The notes under the pieces were generated by a model, which ran no database searches, was not told the origin of the DNA, and saw nothing but the letters and a program-made list of their open reading frames with translations. Shown here one piece after another: positions 1 through 9,919 of a DNA stretch of 64,000 nt. The stretch comes from a virus (taxonomy: Duplodnaviria > Caudoviricetes), in the IMG/VR virus record IMGVR_UViG_3300021399_000099, positions 152,911 through 216,910 of that record. One strand, 5' to 3'. Numbering within the stretch: position 1 is the stretch's first letter; the number at the start of each line of letters is the position of its first letter. A program made the position numbers and the translations under genes.

Positions 1-50
1 AATCATAATTTTTATTCTTTGGTGATTGTTAATTTAATCTTGCCCCCGTA

Positions 51-581
51 TTATTTTTCGTAAGGCCATGCAAAGCCGTCCGGAGATGTGGGTATCAGCA
101 TATAGTGAGTGGGCATATTAGGAAGATAGCCCTCTACCGCCTCACCATATTCATACTTGCACCAAGTTTTACGCGTTCCGTCCGGCTGTATCTGGTACGT
201 TTCATAATCATCCCCCTCTTCGAGACAAGTGGCATAACAATCCTGGTCATTAACCCATTTGGCCGAGAAAAACCCCGTATCGGAAAGAAAACCAATCCTT
301 GTTCCGGCCGGGTTAAAGTCTTCATTAACCCACTCTTTATTGTAACCAATTACCTCCTGTCCATAAGGCAGCGGATGGTCTTCATCAACTTTAATCCAAG
401 TACCAGGCATATTATCCTGTAAAGAATGAATAATGGAGACGACTTTAGTATATCCACTTAATTCTGCCACCCATTCTTTATAATTGGCTGCATAATAAAG
501 TTTATTCATTAATGATATAAGCTCGTCTTTCAACTTTCCTATCTCGGCAATCAATTTATCTGCATCGATGTATTTGTTCAT
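51..581 (-). CDS. Hypothetical phage protein with DUF551-like C-terminal region
   Basis: 176 aa ORF; 'WIKVDEDHPLPYGQEVI...PTHYMLIP' resembles the DUF551 W-x-S-V...LP...THWM-P pattern. Confidence 0.55.
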   Translation of the reverse strand: MNKYIDADKLIAEIGKLKDELISLMNKLYYAANYKEWVAELSGYTKVVSIIHSLQDNMPGTWIKVDEDHPLPYGQEVIGYNKEWVNEDFNPAGTRIGFLSDTGFFSAKWVNDQDCYATCLEEGDDYETYQIQPDGTRKTWCKYEYGEAVEGYLPNMPTHYMLIPTSPDGFAWPYEK

Positions 582-615
582 AATTTTTAATATTTGTTAA
601 GGAACATTAATCTTG

Positions 616-1122
616 TTATCTTTTAACATACTTAGAAAAGATTTCATCACGCATTTTCCCGGTAATGAAAACACTATCCGTAATAGGCACCGCTTCGTTA
701 CCGTCTTGTGAGATTATCAGTCCCATAAAAGTATCCGAGGTCATAACGGCCCTGGAAACGGTATTTATAACGGTGTCTTTATTTATTACAAACACGCTGG
801 ACCCATGCTCAACAAAACACCTGGAAATAGTTTTACGGGTCTGTTTTGCTACTTGTGTCTCAATGCTGTCAGTCCTCACCCTGCAGTCGATAAAATAGGT
901 CGTTGAATCATCCGGAACATATACATCACGGAAAAAATCTATGCCATATGAATGGATATCCAGTGACGTTCTGCTACAAGAGCCGACAATCACCATAAAC
1001 GAGAGGGCGATAAGACTAAGCTTCGCCATCTTTAATGAAAGCAATTTCTTCTTCATCATACCAATATTCAAGTTTAAGCGGTTTAAAACTAAAAAGCATC
1101 CTCTCATACGAATACTTGTCAC
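616..1122 (-). CDS. Putative lipoprotein (true start probably MAKLSL near 1029)
   Basis: Hydrophobic signal followed by GSC lipobox. Confidence 0.5.
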   Translation of the reverse strand: MTSIRMRGCFLVLNRLNLNIGMMKKKLLSLKMAKLSLIALSFMVIVGSCSRTSLDIHSYGIDFFRDVYVPDDSTTYFIDCRVRTDSIETQVAKQTRKTISRCFVEHGSSVFVINKDTVINTVSRAVMTSDTFMGLIISQDGNEAVPITDSVFITGKMRDEIFSKYVKR

Positions 1123-1336
1123 ATATCTTATTTACCATTTTTTTCTTCTCTCGATACTCTCCCCATCTCTGCTTCAGCTCGTTGTCATCTTTAATCCCAT
1201 CGAGCCAGTGAATAATGTTATCGTAGGCCCCATCACTGATTTTTGTCTGGAAGTGAAAAACCTGAGTGTTCCTCACAAGGAAAAAATAAATCGCAATGCC
1301 CAATGCGGTAAATAAAAAAATGTTAGCTACGTTCAT
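1016..1336 (-). CDS. Hypothetical membrane-anchored protein
   Basis: 106 aa ORF with N-terminal TM segment, directly after a sigma54-like promoter. Confidence 0.6.
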   Translation of the reverse strand: MNVANIFLFTALGIAIYFFLVRNTQVFHFQTKISDGAYDNIIHWLDGIKDDNELKQRWGEYREKKKMVNKICDKYSYERMLFSFKPLKLEYWYDEEEIAFIKDGEA

Positions 1337-1369
1337 AATACTTAATTTTTAATGTTTCACGTTCTATAT

Positions 1370-1385
1370 TGCAAGAATCGTGCCA
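1370..1385 (-). promoter_or_regulatory. sigma54-type -24/-12 promoter
   Basis: TGGCACGATTCTTGCA is a perfect TGGCACG-N4-TTGCW match. Confidence 0.7.
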
Positions 1386-1421
1386 AACTGATTAAAATAT
1401 ACAAAAAAGATAGAAAAAAAC

Positions 1422-1447
1422 AAAACCCCAGGTTTCCCCGGGGTTTC
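1422..1447 (-). terminator. Intrinsic terminator after fimbrillin-like gene
   Basis: AAACCCC/GGGGTTT hairpin followed by a U-rich tract on the minus strand. Confidence 0.6.
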
Positions 1448-1468
1448 ATAGAATAGAAGGTGTTCGCA

Positions 1469-3199
1469 TTAGATTTTAATAATCTGAGTGTGACCCTCAG
1501 TGTAATCGGTAACATCAATAGTTACCTGGATAGGGTTGTTCGTGATGTCAATATCGTCTTTCTCACCATTTGCGTCGCCAGGATTGTCTTTGCCATTACC
1601 TGTTGAAGTGATATTAATAATGTACTTGTAATACTTACCAGCTTCAAGCCCAGCAGCGGGGAGTGCGATAGGAACCCTTACATCATAAACCGTGGTACCT
1701 TTATAAGTATAGCTAAGTTTTACGACAAAGTGTGTAAGGCCAGTATCACCAGGTATTGCATAGAATGTAGTAGGCGAATAAATAGCTTCTGCCTCTGTAG
1801 TGCCAACAGGAACATTTGATGTGGGAAGCGAGAACTGAATAACATCGGTTACAGCGACACGATTATCAAATGTGAGTCCGGTAGATACTGTTGCATCAGC
1901 AGTCTTGGTGTGTGCAAGATGAGCATAACCATTTGTTGCATCTGCCTTTGCTGAGAATACACGGATTCCATCAATGCCAGTAACTGCAGGCTGATAAGGA
2001 GTACCAGGAGTAATAGTGCAAACCTGAGTAGATGCTTCAACATTGCTTGAAAGGAATACAAGCACCTGATTAGCATTAGCATCGCTTACGTTAATACGGA
2101 CAACTCTCCATCCTTCATTATAAGCTTTTTCAAACATTGACCAAAATGATTCAGCAGGAGAACCACCATACCAATCTGTTTGATGTGCTTTTAGTGCGGT
2201 TGAAAATGCATCATTACCAGCGGCAAATTCAGCCTTATCAACTCCATCAGCAAGCTTCATCATAAAGATGTTCTTATTAGAGGCAGCACTTTCCCAATCT
2301 TCTGTTGTTTCAGTCTTTGAAGTGCTATTGACAACTTGATTAAGTCTATAATATACAAACTGAGCATTTACGGCGTCTTTGATAGAAAGAAGCCAATCCT
2401 TAGCCATGTAATTAAGAGTGGCATTATTAGAGCCAACATAAAGAGGATTTGGCTGATTCTTTGTAAGCTTAGGAGAATTAGCACCATAAAAACCGATAGC
2501 AACCTGAACCTCACTACCTGCAGCAAGTTCATCAATAAACTTAGTGGTCTTCTTGGTATAGGTCTCTGTATCAGGTGTTGCTGGAACCTCAGGAGTAGTA
2601 GGTGTATAATCTAAAATCTTTGTATTAGAATCATCACTAATAAACCCAAGATAAAGGAGTGCATTACCGTGTTTGAACGGAAGATTTACCACACTACCAT
2701 AATTAACCTTTGCAACATCAGTCCTTGCCCAAAGGAACTCCTTAGGTGAATCAGCTGTAAGCGTTCCGGTAACTCTATTGTCATCAGCCACAAAGGATTC
2801 AACACCGACCTTAACAGCACCGTTATTTACCTTGGCATCAGTAGTAGGAATAATACCAATGAAAGAGTATGAATCGGCATTGTTCTTAAAATACTGAAGT
2901 TCTTGCCCATTTACGCCTTCATATACATATGAATTAGTATTGTTGGCCTGTACAGTGAAAGGATTCATAACCGTCTCGTTAAGTGTATTCCAAGCGTAAA
3001 GACTGAACTCGTCGTAGCCGTTACCGGCGGTTGTAGCAACACTAGCCTTGGTTTCGAGGGTACGGTCACCAAAAAGGATGGCGTACTCACCCTTAGAATT
3101 GGTTGGGGTTCTATTGGTAAATGTGCTTTCAATTTTTGCACATGAGGCAATCGTCATAACTGTTGCAACGATTGCGAGGAAAATGTTTTTGTTTTTCAT
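1469..3199 (-). CDS. Fimbrillin-family (Mfa/Fim-like, type V pilin) lipoprotein
   Basis: Lipobox IASC, 'TKAS' processing-like motif, 'VNLPFKH', C-terminal 'LEAGKYYKYIINI...IQVTIDVTDY' typical of Bacteroidales fimbrillins. Confidence 0.7.
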   Translation of the reverse strand: MKNKNIFLAIVATVMTIASCAKIESTFTNRTPTNSKGEYAILFGDRTLETKASVATTAGNGYDEFSLYAWNTLNETVMNPFTVQANNTNSYVYEGVNGQELQYFKNNADSYSFIGIIPTTDAKVNNGAVKVGVESFVADDNRVTGTLTADSPKEFLWARTDVAKVNYGSVVNLPFKHGNALLYLGFISDDSNTKILDYTPTTPEVPATPDTETYTKKTTKFIDELAAGSEVQVAIGFYGANSPKLTKNQPNPLYVGSNNATLNYMAKDWLLSIKDAVNAQFVYYRLNQVVNSTSKTETTEDWESAASNKNIFMMKLADGVDKAEFAAGNDAFSTALKAHQTDWYGGSPAESFWSMFEKAYNEGWRVVRINVSDANANQVLVFLSSNVEASTQVCTITPGTPYQPAVTGIDGIRVFSAKADATNGYAHLAHTKTADATVSTGLTFDNRVAVTDVIQFSLPTSNVPVGTTEAEAIYSPTTFYAIPGDTGLTHFVVKLSYTYKGTTVYDVRVPIALPAAGLEAGKYYKYIINITSTGNGKDNPGDANGEKDDIDITNNPIQVTIDVTDYTEGHTQIIKI

Positions 3200-3204
3200 C
3201 TTTC

Positions 3205-4503
3205 TTATTTTTTAAAATGTTTCTTATTTATACAAAAGTCTCTCTTAATGGTTATTCCAACATAAGTCGGTCCAATATAAAACGCTTTGTAACTATTTTC
3301 AAAAAATTCTTTATTAATGGTCTTGCTTATTGCAATCACCTTTGGCTCATCATTACTTATCTGTTCATTATTTGTGCCGCTATTTATCTTTCCGTTTTGA
3401 TACTCACCAAAAACGACATTCATACGACCCTGCTCACTATAAAAGTAATCTGCATAGTAAGACCTCTCAAAAAGACCGAACCGTATTATCGGGCAAATCT
3501 TCCAGTGCGGCCATAAACTGAAAGCCCAACCAACGCCTAGACCCCCTCCATAAAATACACCAATCTTTCCAACATCAGTAAATAGCTCAGTATCAAAATA
3601 TCCAGCATTTCCAAAAGCTTCAATAAATAGTTTATCGTAGTTGTTATTGAAGTACTTCCTAATCCCAATGTGCCATGAGTCTGTATCGTATTCTCGACCT
3701 GTAATCTTCCATTTTGAAAAAGACCCTTCAACAAAGAAAGACATCCGGTTAAAATATACTTCAGCTCCTATATTGGCCCGTAACAACATGTCCGAAAGGA
3801 GGTCATTATAGACCGCAAAAACCGGTTTAACATGAATATCGTTAGCGTAATCTGTTGTATTATTAACGTAGTCAGTCGTATTATTAGTGTGGTCAGTCGT
3901 ATAATAATTATATGTATTATAAACATTGTTTATTACCTGAGTAACCACGGTATCTTTACGTGATGGTTCGGGTTTGTTCGGCAGTTCCTCTGGCTCCGGT
4001 CTATGGAAGTGTATTTCAACATATGTGGCCCTAAGCTTCTGATAATCAGACTCATCTAAGCCAGTCTTTTCCAAAAATAGAGAGTAATCATTGTTCTTTA
4101 CAATCTTTTCTCTCGGGACGATATTCGATATATAAGAATAAATCTTACCGGCTCTCATATCCGCCAAACGAACATTATTCTGCACATTTCCCTCTGGTGA
4201 CGCCGAACCAATGAGTAAAATACGGTCGACTAAGACTTTTTTACTACGTATAGCTGGTACAATATCAGTAATGTAGTTATAATAGTTGTCGTTCTTTATT
4301 ATCTGGTCTGTATTTACCCTAAATTCAATTGTAAAGGACATGACTTCACTATCCTTGTCCTGGCTCGCAACACTAAACGAGCTAAGCAAGAAAATAGCCA
4401 AAATAAATATTACATTTTTTATAAAATTCATATCCTTATATATAGAGCATAAACTCAAGCTTTCTTTTTTAAAAAAAATACAAAAATTTTTTAAACAAGC
4501 CAA
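3205..4503 (-). CDS. OmpA-like domain plus DUF3575-like beta-barrel protein (start probably MNFIK near 4431)
   Basis: 'IGSASPEGNVQNNVRLADMRA' OmpA-C motif, followed by a barrel region 'NIGAEVYF...GGGLGVGW'. Confidence 0.7.
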   Translation of the reverse strand: MACLKNFCIFFKKESLSLCSIYKDMNFIKNVIFILAIFLLSSFSVASQDKDSEVMSFTIEFRVNTDQIIKNDNYYNYITDIVPAIRSKKVLVDRILLIGSASPEGNVQNNVRLADMRAGKIYSYISNIVPREKIVKNNDYSLFLEKTGLDESDYQKLRATYVEIHFHRPEPEELPNKPEPSRKDTVVTQVINNVYNTYNYYTTDHTNNTTDYVNNTTDYANDIHVKPVFAVYNDLLSDMLLRANIGAEVYFNRMSFFVEGSFSKWKITGREYDTDSWHIGIRKYFNNNYDKLFIEAFGNAGYFDTELFTDVGKIGVFYGGGLGVGWAFSLWPHWKICPIIRFGLFERSYYADYFYSEQGRMNVVFGEYQNGKINSGTNNEQISNDEPKVIAISKTINKEFFENSYKAFYIGPTYVGITIKRDFCINKKHFKK

Positions 4504-4518
4504 ATCAATAGCAAAAAT

Positions 4519-5175
4519 TTACTTAATATTTCTTGGCTCCTTCAAATTGTCCCACCACTCTTTAACATATGATGGCATTGTTTCAATGAGCTGTTTTATT
4601 TCATCTGCTGTCGCCCTAAAGAAGGAAGAGCAGCCGGGAGCCCAGTCACCGTAAGCCGTGCCGTCTATGGCTGTTATCCCCCATTTACACCTGGGGGCTG
4701 ATTTTGACAAGTCTCCATCACCATAATCAAACGAAGAGACGAGCATAATGCCCTTCTTGCCGTTGCGATAATACGTAACGACGTCACCCACAGAAACAAA
4801 GTCAATCGGTATTCTTTTTTCTTCGTCTGGAACATCCGGGTCGCTCCTATAAATTTCAGCAAGTTTCCCATTTTCATCCATAATACCCGCAGATTTAAGA
4901 AACCTTATAGCTGATGTCCTATTTTTGGTCACCTCCTTTGCAATCTCTTCCAGAGACTTTTGCTCTTTCTTTTTATTAAGATACTCAACCCATTTTGCGT
5001 ATCTATGCGACGTTTTCACCTTATCAATGGCTGTTTTATGCCATATTCCATCGACAAGAAATTCAATAATCTCTTTCCTTGTTTTCTCATCCTCGCTCTC
5101 CTTCTCCTCAATGATAACCTTGTTTCCTTCAATCCTGGCTTTGTATCCTTCTGGTATTTCAATTTCTTTTATCAT
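4519..5175 (-). CDS. Hypothetical phage protein
   Basis: 218 aa ORF in a tightly packed operon. Confidence 0.6.
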   Translation of the reverse strand: MIKEIEIPEGYKARIEGNKVIIEEKESEDEKTRKEIIEFLVDGIWHKTAIDKVKTSHRYAKWVEYLNKKKEQKSLEEIAKEVTKNRTSAIRFLKSAGIMDENGKLAEIYRSDPDVPDEEKRIPIDFVSVGDVVTYYRNGKKGIMLVSSFDYGDGDLSKSAPRCKWGITAIDGTAYGDWAPGCSSFFRATADEIKQLIETMPSYVKEWWDNLKEPRNIK

Positions 5176-5177
5176 AA

Positions 5178-5540
5178 TTAAATCAAATTTTCAAGGCAAT
5201 ATTTTATAGCCTCTTCGCAGGCTTCTTCATATGAATTTGTTTTATATGGCTTTTCTCCATTATGAGCAAATATATACCAAATATACGGAAATGCTGAATT
5301 GTTATAACGAAAAACTACAATATGTAAATTATGCACTTCCCTTAACCATTTCATTGCCATTTGAAGTGTTGGGCATGCATAGCAATCCGCATTCAAAACG
5401 GTATTATAGTAACTATCAACATCCAGCCCGAAGAATATCTTATCCTCTCCATTATGGTATAGGGCGTGACACGGTTCGTCAAACCCTTTCTCCTTCAAGA
5501 GTTTTGCCGTTTCAAAACTGACGTAATCTTCTGTTATCAT
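5178..5540 (-). CDS. Hypothetical phage protein
   Basis: 120 aa ORF 'VSFETAKLLKEKGFDEPC...PTLQMAMKWLRE'. Confidence 0.65.
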   Translation of the reverse strand: MITEDYVSFETAKLLKEKGFDEPCHALYHNGEDKIFFGLDVDSYYNTVLNADCYACPTLQMAMKWLREVHNLHIVVFRYNNSAFPYIWYIFAHNGEKPYKTNSYEEACEEAIKYCLENLI

Positions 5541-5713
5541 ATTTGCTACTCAATTTTTTTCTTTATCCTGTTTGTGTCTAAATGACATGTTACAAATGTT
5601 TTTGAAAGAGCGACTTTGTATTCACATTGTTTGCAAATTTCATAAGATATTTTCCCAATATCTTTATTACAGCATTTTTCGCCGTATAAAGTATCAACTA
5701 ATACTGCCATAGT

Positions 5714-6058
5714 TTATTCATTTTTATACATATCTTTAGGTGCTTCAAGAGCAAGTCCTTTTTCAATTAATCCACGATAATCAAACATGTTCTTATTAAG
5801 CCAATCAACATCTTCGCCATAATTTCCTAATCTTATATTATCCAATTCATCTTGTTCATCATCTGTCATGGAAGACATTTGACGGAGATACGGTTTAAAA
5901 ATCTCACCTTCTGAATATTCAAGGAAATGAGCAAAATCGTCTAACTCGTTTTGTTTGAAAGTAATATCACAATTGTCACAATATCTATGTACAATAAAAC
6001 CATACGGCAACCTTGCACAAAGGTCTTTAAGCAATAGTTCTTTATCTTCTTGTGTCAT
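5714..6058 (-). CDS. Hypothetical phage protein
   Basis: 114 aa ORF 'LLLKDLCARLPYG...KPYLR...DYRGLIEKGLALEAP'. Confidence 0.65.
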   Translation of the reverse strand: MTQEDKELLLKDLCARLPYGFIVHRYCDNCDITFKQNELDDFAHFLEYSEGEIFKPYLRQMSSMTDDEQDELDNIRLGNYGEDVDWLNKNMFDYRGLIEKGLALEAPKDMYKNE

Positions 6059-6210
6059 ATTCTAATAATATTTTACAAATGAGGAATTCGCGCTTATTTC
6101 TTCCCCTTCTAATAAAATTCTTACGCCAAGATACGTTTCATCACAACTTTTATAAGGATAAAATTCTATTTTAAGATTTTCAGAAATATATTTTTTAATA
6201 TCTTCTTGTG

Positions 6211-6624
6211 TCATGACTTTTCGTATTTCTTTATTTGCTCTCTAATTTCCTCACATTTCGCATTAGTGAGGTTTCTGGCCGCAGGGTGAGGAACAAACAT
6301 AATTGGCTTCCCCTGCGCTTCAATTTCCGTCATATATTTATTTACTGTTTCCTTCGCCTGTTTTCCACATACGAGGACCATGTCAAAGTACTTTATCCTT
6401 TTTATCACCTTTTTAAAGTGTTCGTAATTGGGCTTTGGTTTTTCCCTTGAGGTCTTCGTTACCACATCGGTTGTGTTGGAAAACATAAAAAAGTTGTCGC
6501 CCACCATTTTCCTGATGGTTTTTGCACTTTTATTGAAAGGGTTGGGAACAAATGTAATGGGTAGTTCCCTGTCACCCCATGCGTTTTGCAGTATGCATAA
6601 TATTCTCATCGTGTTATTTATCAA
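6211..6624 (-). CDS. Uracil-DNA glycosylase-like superfamily protein
   Basis: 'VLVCGKQA' and 'FVPHPAAR' match C-terminal UDG-fold motifs. Confidence 0.5.
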   Translation of the reverse strand: MINNTMRILCILQNAWGDRELPITFVPNPFNKSAKTIRKMVGDNFFMFSNTTDVVTKTSREKPKPNYEHFKKVIKRIKYFDMVLVCGKQAKETVNKYMTEIEAQGKPIMFVPHPAARNLTNAKCEEIREQIKKYEKS

Positions 6625-6979
6625 ATTCGGCTAGCCATTTTTGCTTGTCGGCTTCAATTTTTTCTATGTCTTTTGTTAAAACTTCTTGAAGTAGGTTTTT
6701 TACTGCTTCCTTGGACGTGCCGAAAATTTTATATTCATGACCATCACATCCATAAACAAATGCTTCGTAGTTGCTTTCGTCGTTGCGTATTACATATTCG
6801 CCGTCACCGTTTAAAGACATTAACATTTCTCCTGACGGTTTCAGTTCTACTTTCCCATCATCGGTAAGCAAAAATATCTTAGCAGAACGAATTTCGTGAA
6901 GTCCATATTCGTACAATTCACTATACCACCAAACCCATACAGAGTCGCCCGCCTTCAACTCTGAAAATTTCTTACCCAT
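6614..6979 (-). CDS. Hypothetical protein
   Basis: 121 aa ORF overlapping the next gene. Confidence 0.55.
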   Translation of the reverse strand: MGKKFSELKAGDSVWVWWYSELYEYGLHEIRSAKIFLLTDDGKVELKPSGEMLMSLNGDGEYVIRNDESNYEAFVYGCDGHEYKIFGTSKEAVKNLLQEVLTKDIEKIEADKQKWLAEFDK

Positions 6980-6991
6980 AATTTAATAATA

Positions 6992-7465
6992 TTATATTTT
7001 TGAATATATTATAAGACTATCCAGTTCATCTAACTCTTTTAATGCCAAATATGCCTCCTGAGCCTTTCGGTTACGCAGACTTGTTGCTGCCGGGATATCA
7101 ACCCCAACAACACACTCCATCAGTTCCCGTACGAATTTTTGGTACTCTTCCTCGATGTTTTTGTCATTGTGCCTAATATTGTCAAACAAGAAACAATCGT
7201 AGAAATCTTCGCTTCCTTCAGGACTATTCTTAGGATAGGCATAAAAGGCATACAGCCAAATTTCCCCATCGTCATGTTTTGAATAATCATAATTGAAAGA
7301 AACTACATCAGCATCGACGATTCTCATGTCTTGCTTATATTTTTCAAGGATTTCCTGATACTTCTTTCTGTCAATCTTATATGGGACATTACTTTTGAAT
7401 CCGGTATCAAGAATCGGTTCAAGGAAATAAGTCTCGTAACTGCCTGTTCCTGGATTATAATACAT
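6992..7465 (-). CDS. Hypothetical protein
   Basis: 157 aa ORF. Confidence 0.55.
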   Translation of the reverse strand: MYYNPGTGSYETYFLEPILDTGFKSNVPYKIDRKKYQEILEKYKQDMRIVDADVVSFNYDYSKHDDGEIWLYAFYAYPKNSPEGSEDFYDCFLFDNIRHNDKNIEEEYQKFVRELMECVVGVDIPAATSLRNRKAQEAYLALKELDELDSLIIYSKI

Positions 7466-7664
7466 AATTCTTAATATTTGCCGTTTATCCTATTTTAAAA
7501 AGTTCTTTCCACCCAAAAATTGTAAGTTCCAGTCCTTCCGCATGAACTATATTACTTGAAAACTGACATAATGTGGCATTGTAATCCAATGAGTCGTAGT
7601 CGGCGAAAAAATGCTCATTTATCGTTCCGTCTTTCCGGGTTATTCTCAGCTTATACATGACTTA

Positions 7665-7982
7665 TTAAATATTTTTAAAATCATCTTCCGGACCATCCCA
7701 GGGAATAGTGCCGATGACATATTGCCCGAACATATTCCAACCATCCGGCAAAATCATAAACTCCCAGGGATTATTCTGCTCGGCCTTGGTAATTTCATCC
7801 CGGATAGCTTTTTCTTTCTTCCTTTTAGCCTCCAGTTTATCCAGTCGGGCTTTTTCCTCCCTGGCACGCTGTCTTGCTTCATCTTCTTCTACCATCTTAC
7901 GCCACCTTGCCTCGCGTTCCATTTCTTCTCTGAGCTCCTTCTCGCTTTTCTCCCTTATGTGAATGAAAATAGGTATAATCAT
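7665..7982 (-). CDS. Hypothetical coiled-coil protein
   Basis: 105 aa, charged helix. Confidence 0.55.
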   Translation of the reverse strand: MIIPIFIHIREKSEKELREEMEREARWRKMVEEDEARQRAREEKARLDKLEAKRKKEKAIRDEITKAEQNNPWEFMILPDGWNMFGQYVIGTIPWDGPEDDFKNI

Positions 7983-7994
7983 AATATAATCAGT

Positions 7995-8285
7995 TTAAAG
8001 TACGTAAGTGCAGGACCAATCAAATAGTCCCTTTTCTTCGTCAAAATGTACGAAAAGACCGACTTCCTTTCCGTCAATTGTAATTGGACCAGCATCGTCT
8101 GAATTCCAAATCAACACTGAATCATCAAGTCTGGTAGCATCTTCCCATGCACCAAGGTTTTTTACTTCATTATAGAAGTCTTCCCCTTTGTAGATAAAAC
8201 CATTCTTGATTTTTTCAATCACCCCGGTTATTTCTTCCGGGGTGAGTTTGCACCATTGAAGGGCCCCATAAATCGTTGCACTCAT
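7995..8285 (-). CDS. Hypothetical protein
   Basis: 96 aa ORF in operon. Confidence 0.55.
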   Translation of the reverse strand: MSATIYGALQWCKLTPEEITGVIEKIKNGFIYKGEDFYNEVKNLGAWEDATRLDDSVLIWNSDDAGPITIDGKEVGLFVHFDEEKGLFDWSCTYVL

Positions 8286-8288
8286 GAC

Positions 8289-9140
8289 TTATGCTGCTAT
8301 TGCTTCGGGCATAAACCTTTCGGCAACAGCCCAAAGTCTCTGGTTATAATCAACATCCTTCTTAATAGACGAAATGGGTCGTTGCTTACGGGCTTTGCCG
8401 TTTTTCCCAGTCGCAGAAAAACCGCCCTTAATCATCTTTTCCTGCAGAACATTGAACACGTTCCAAAGAGTGTTTCCATTATCTTCCGGACGAACGGGGG
8501 TGAGAAGTTCGGCGATGGTAGCTTCATCTACTTTTGCTGTAGTCTTCTCGTCGATACCCTTGCGGATTTTGTAGGTCTCAATGGCCAGGCTTCGCTTCTG
8601 CTCATCGGAAAGGATTGTCTGGTTCATTCCATTTATCCTACCGATAATTCCAGGAACTGTATCGATAACCCTTGCGACAATTCCACGAAGTTCTTCAAAG
8701 CTATAGTTAATGTGACGGATAGAAAATGAAGAGAACTCAGCATCGCAGACCACGAGCCCATTTGAACAGATGCACCGATACAGACCCATCATAAACTTGA
8801 AGGAATTGAAACCGTCGTGGCTGTTCTGAAGGATGATACGGACATATGCCTCGGTACCCCCGTTGGGGTTGATAATCTTCACCTTGTCGTTTTGAAGTGC
8901 TACCATATGGAAGGAACGGATGCCCTTGGAGCCCTTTTTCTCACGACACTGCTTAGCCTGGACAGGGTACCAACCAAGTTTTTCAAGGTCTTCTATTACC
9001 GTCCTCGTACTGGCCTGGACATACTTACCAGAAACGCCTGGGTTTGTGGGTGATACGGCAAAAGCAAATGGACAAGCTTCTCTAACTTCGTCCATCGTCA
9101 TTCTCTTCATTGAATCAGAGAGGGAAATCATTGTACTCAT
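8289..9140 (-). CDS. DUF932/DUF945 family protein
   Basis: 'LQNSHDG..SFKFMMGLYRCICSNGLV', 'IRH', 'LWNVFNVLQE' are hallmark motifs. Confidence 0.85.
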   Translation of the reverse strand: MSTMISLSDSMKRMTMDEVREACPFAFAVSPTNPGVSGKYVQASTRTVIEDLEKLGWYPVQAKQCREKKGSKGIRSFHMVALQNDKVKIINPNGGTEAYVRIILQNSHDGFNSFKFMMGLYRCICSNGLVVCDAEFSSFSIRHINYSFEELRGIVARVIDTVPGIIGRINGMNQTILSDEQKRSLAIETYKIRKGIDEKTTAKVDEATIAELLTPVRPEDNGNTLWNVFNVLQEKMIKGGFSATGKNGKARKQRPISSIKKDVDYNQRLWAVAERFMPEAIAA

Positions 9141-9179
9141 ATGTAAAAAAATTAAAGTTTAAAATTATATTATGGCATA

Positions 9180-9195
9180 TGCAATAATCGTGCCA
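9180..9195 (-). promoter_or_regulatory. sigma54-type promoter
   Basis: TGGCACGATTATTGCA upstream of the DUF932 gene. Confidence 0.7.
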
Positions 9196-9198
9196 AAC

Positions 9199-9438
9199 TT
9201 ACTCACCCAGCCAATTTTTTAGGTCAGTAATGTCGTCTATACAGTCAAGTCTATCGTTAGTGTATGCCCAGATAAGCCTGATGGTATTTTTATCTTCATC
9301 AGCTGTATAATCTATAATGGATAATGGTTCCTGTTTAAACCTCATTATATGTACCAATGGGGTTTTCGCCCGCTTTTCACACAAGCCAACCAGGAAACCG
9401 AATTCTTCCAAAAGTATTTCGACTTCTTCTCTACACAT
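9199..9438 (-). CDS. Hypothetical protein (start MCREEV)
   Basis: The longer ORF start overlaps a tRNA and promoter; ATG at 9438 follows the sigma54 motif at 9465-9480. Confidence 0.5.
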   Translation of the reverse strand: MCREEVEILLEEFGFLVGLCEKRAKTPLVHIMRFKQEPLSIIDYTADEDKNTIRLIWAYTNDRLDCIDDITDLKNWLGE

Positions 9439-9525
9439 AACGTAATCCTTTTTACATAATATAATACAAAAACTGTGCCAAAAAACAAAAATGACAGCAA
9501 AAAGTGAAAAATTTGCTGTCATTTG

Positions 9526-9597
9526 TGCCAGATACAGGATTCGAACCCGCATATCAACGTTTTAGGGACGCCCGCTTTACCAATCAGCTAATCTGGC
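9526..9597 (-). tRNA. Candidate amber suppressor tRNA (anticodon CUA, C33)
   Basis: Full cloverleaf GCCAGAT/ATCTGGC; anticodon arm GGCGT-CCCTAAA-ACGTT; TTCGAAT T-loop. Confidence 0.7.
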
Positions 9598-9631
9598 AGT
9601 TAAAAAGGGAGGAACCATGTCCTCCCAAGTA

Positions 9632-9919
9632 TTATTCAACCGGTCTTAATGTCTGAAACATCAGCCCCGTATTCTCTTCCAACGCTATCGCCGTAACCGT
9701 TCCGTTCATATCTGGCTCACGGAAAGCGGAATATTTAATCCCTCGTTCTTCTAGCATCTCCATCCACTTGTCTGTGTCGGCATAAAGATAGATGAGGTAA
9801 TTGTTATTCCAAGTCTGGTTCGGGTTATCAATCAACCACTGAGCAACAGCGTGACCGGCTTGCACACAACCGTAAATCGGGCTAAGTCTCTTATTCACCA
9901 ACACATACAACCTCTTCAT
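9632..9919 (-). CDS. Peptidyl-tRNA hydrolase, PTH2-like phage type (start MKRLYVLV)
   Basis: 'LYVLV...VQAGHAVA...FREPD...TAIA' motifs. Confidence 0.75.
   Translation of the reverse strand: MKRLYVLVNKRLSPIYGCVQAGHAVAQWLIDNPNQTWNNNYLIYLYADTDKWMEMLEERGIKYSAFREPDMNGTVTAIALEENTGLMFQTLRPVE

Noticed and set aside
9491-9522. ACAGCAA within ATGACAGCAAA...TTTGCTGTCAT
   Set aside because: It is fully paired in a terminator hairpin after the CUA tRNA and lacks the GGAAAC helix, so it is not counted in the ACAGCA family.
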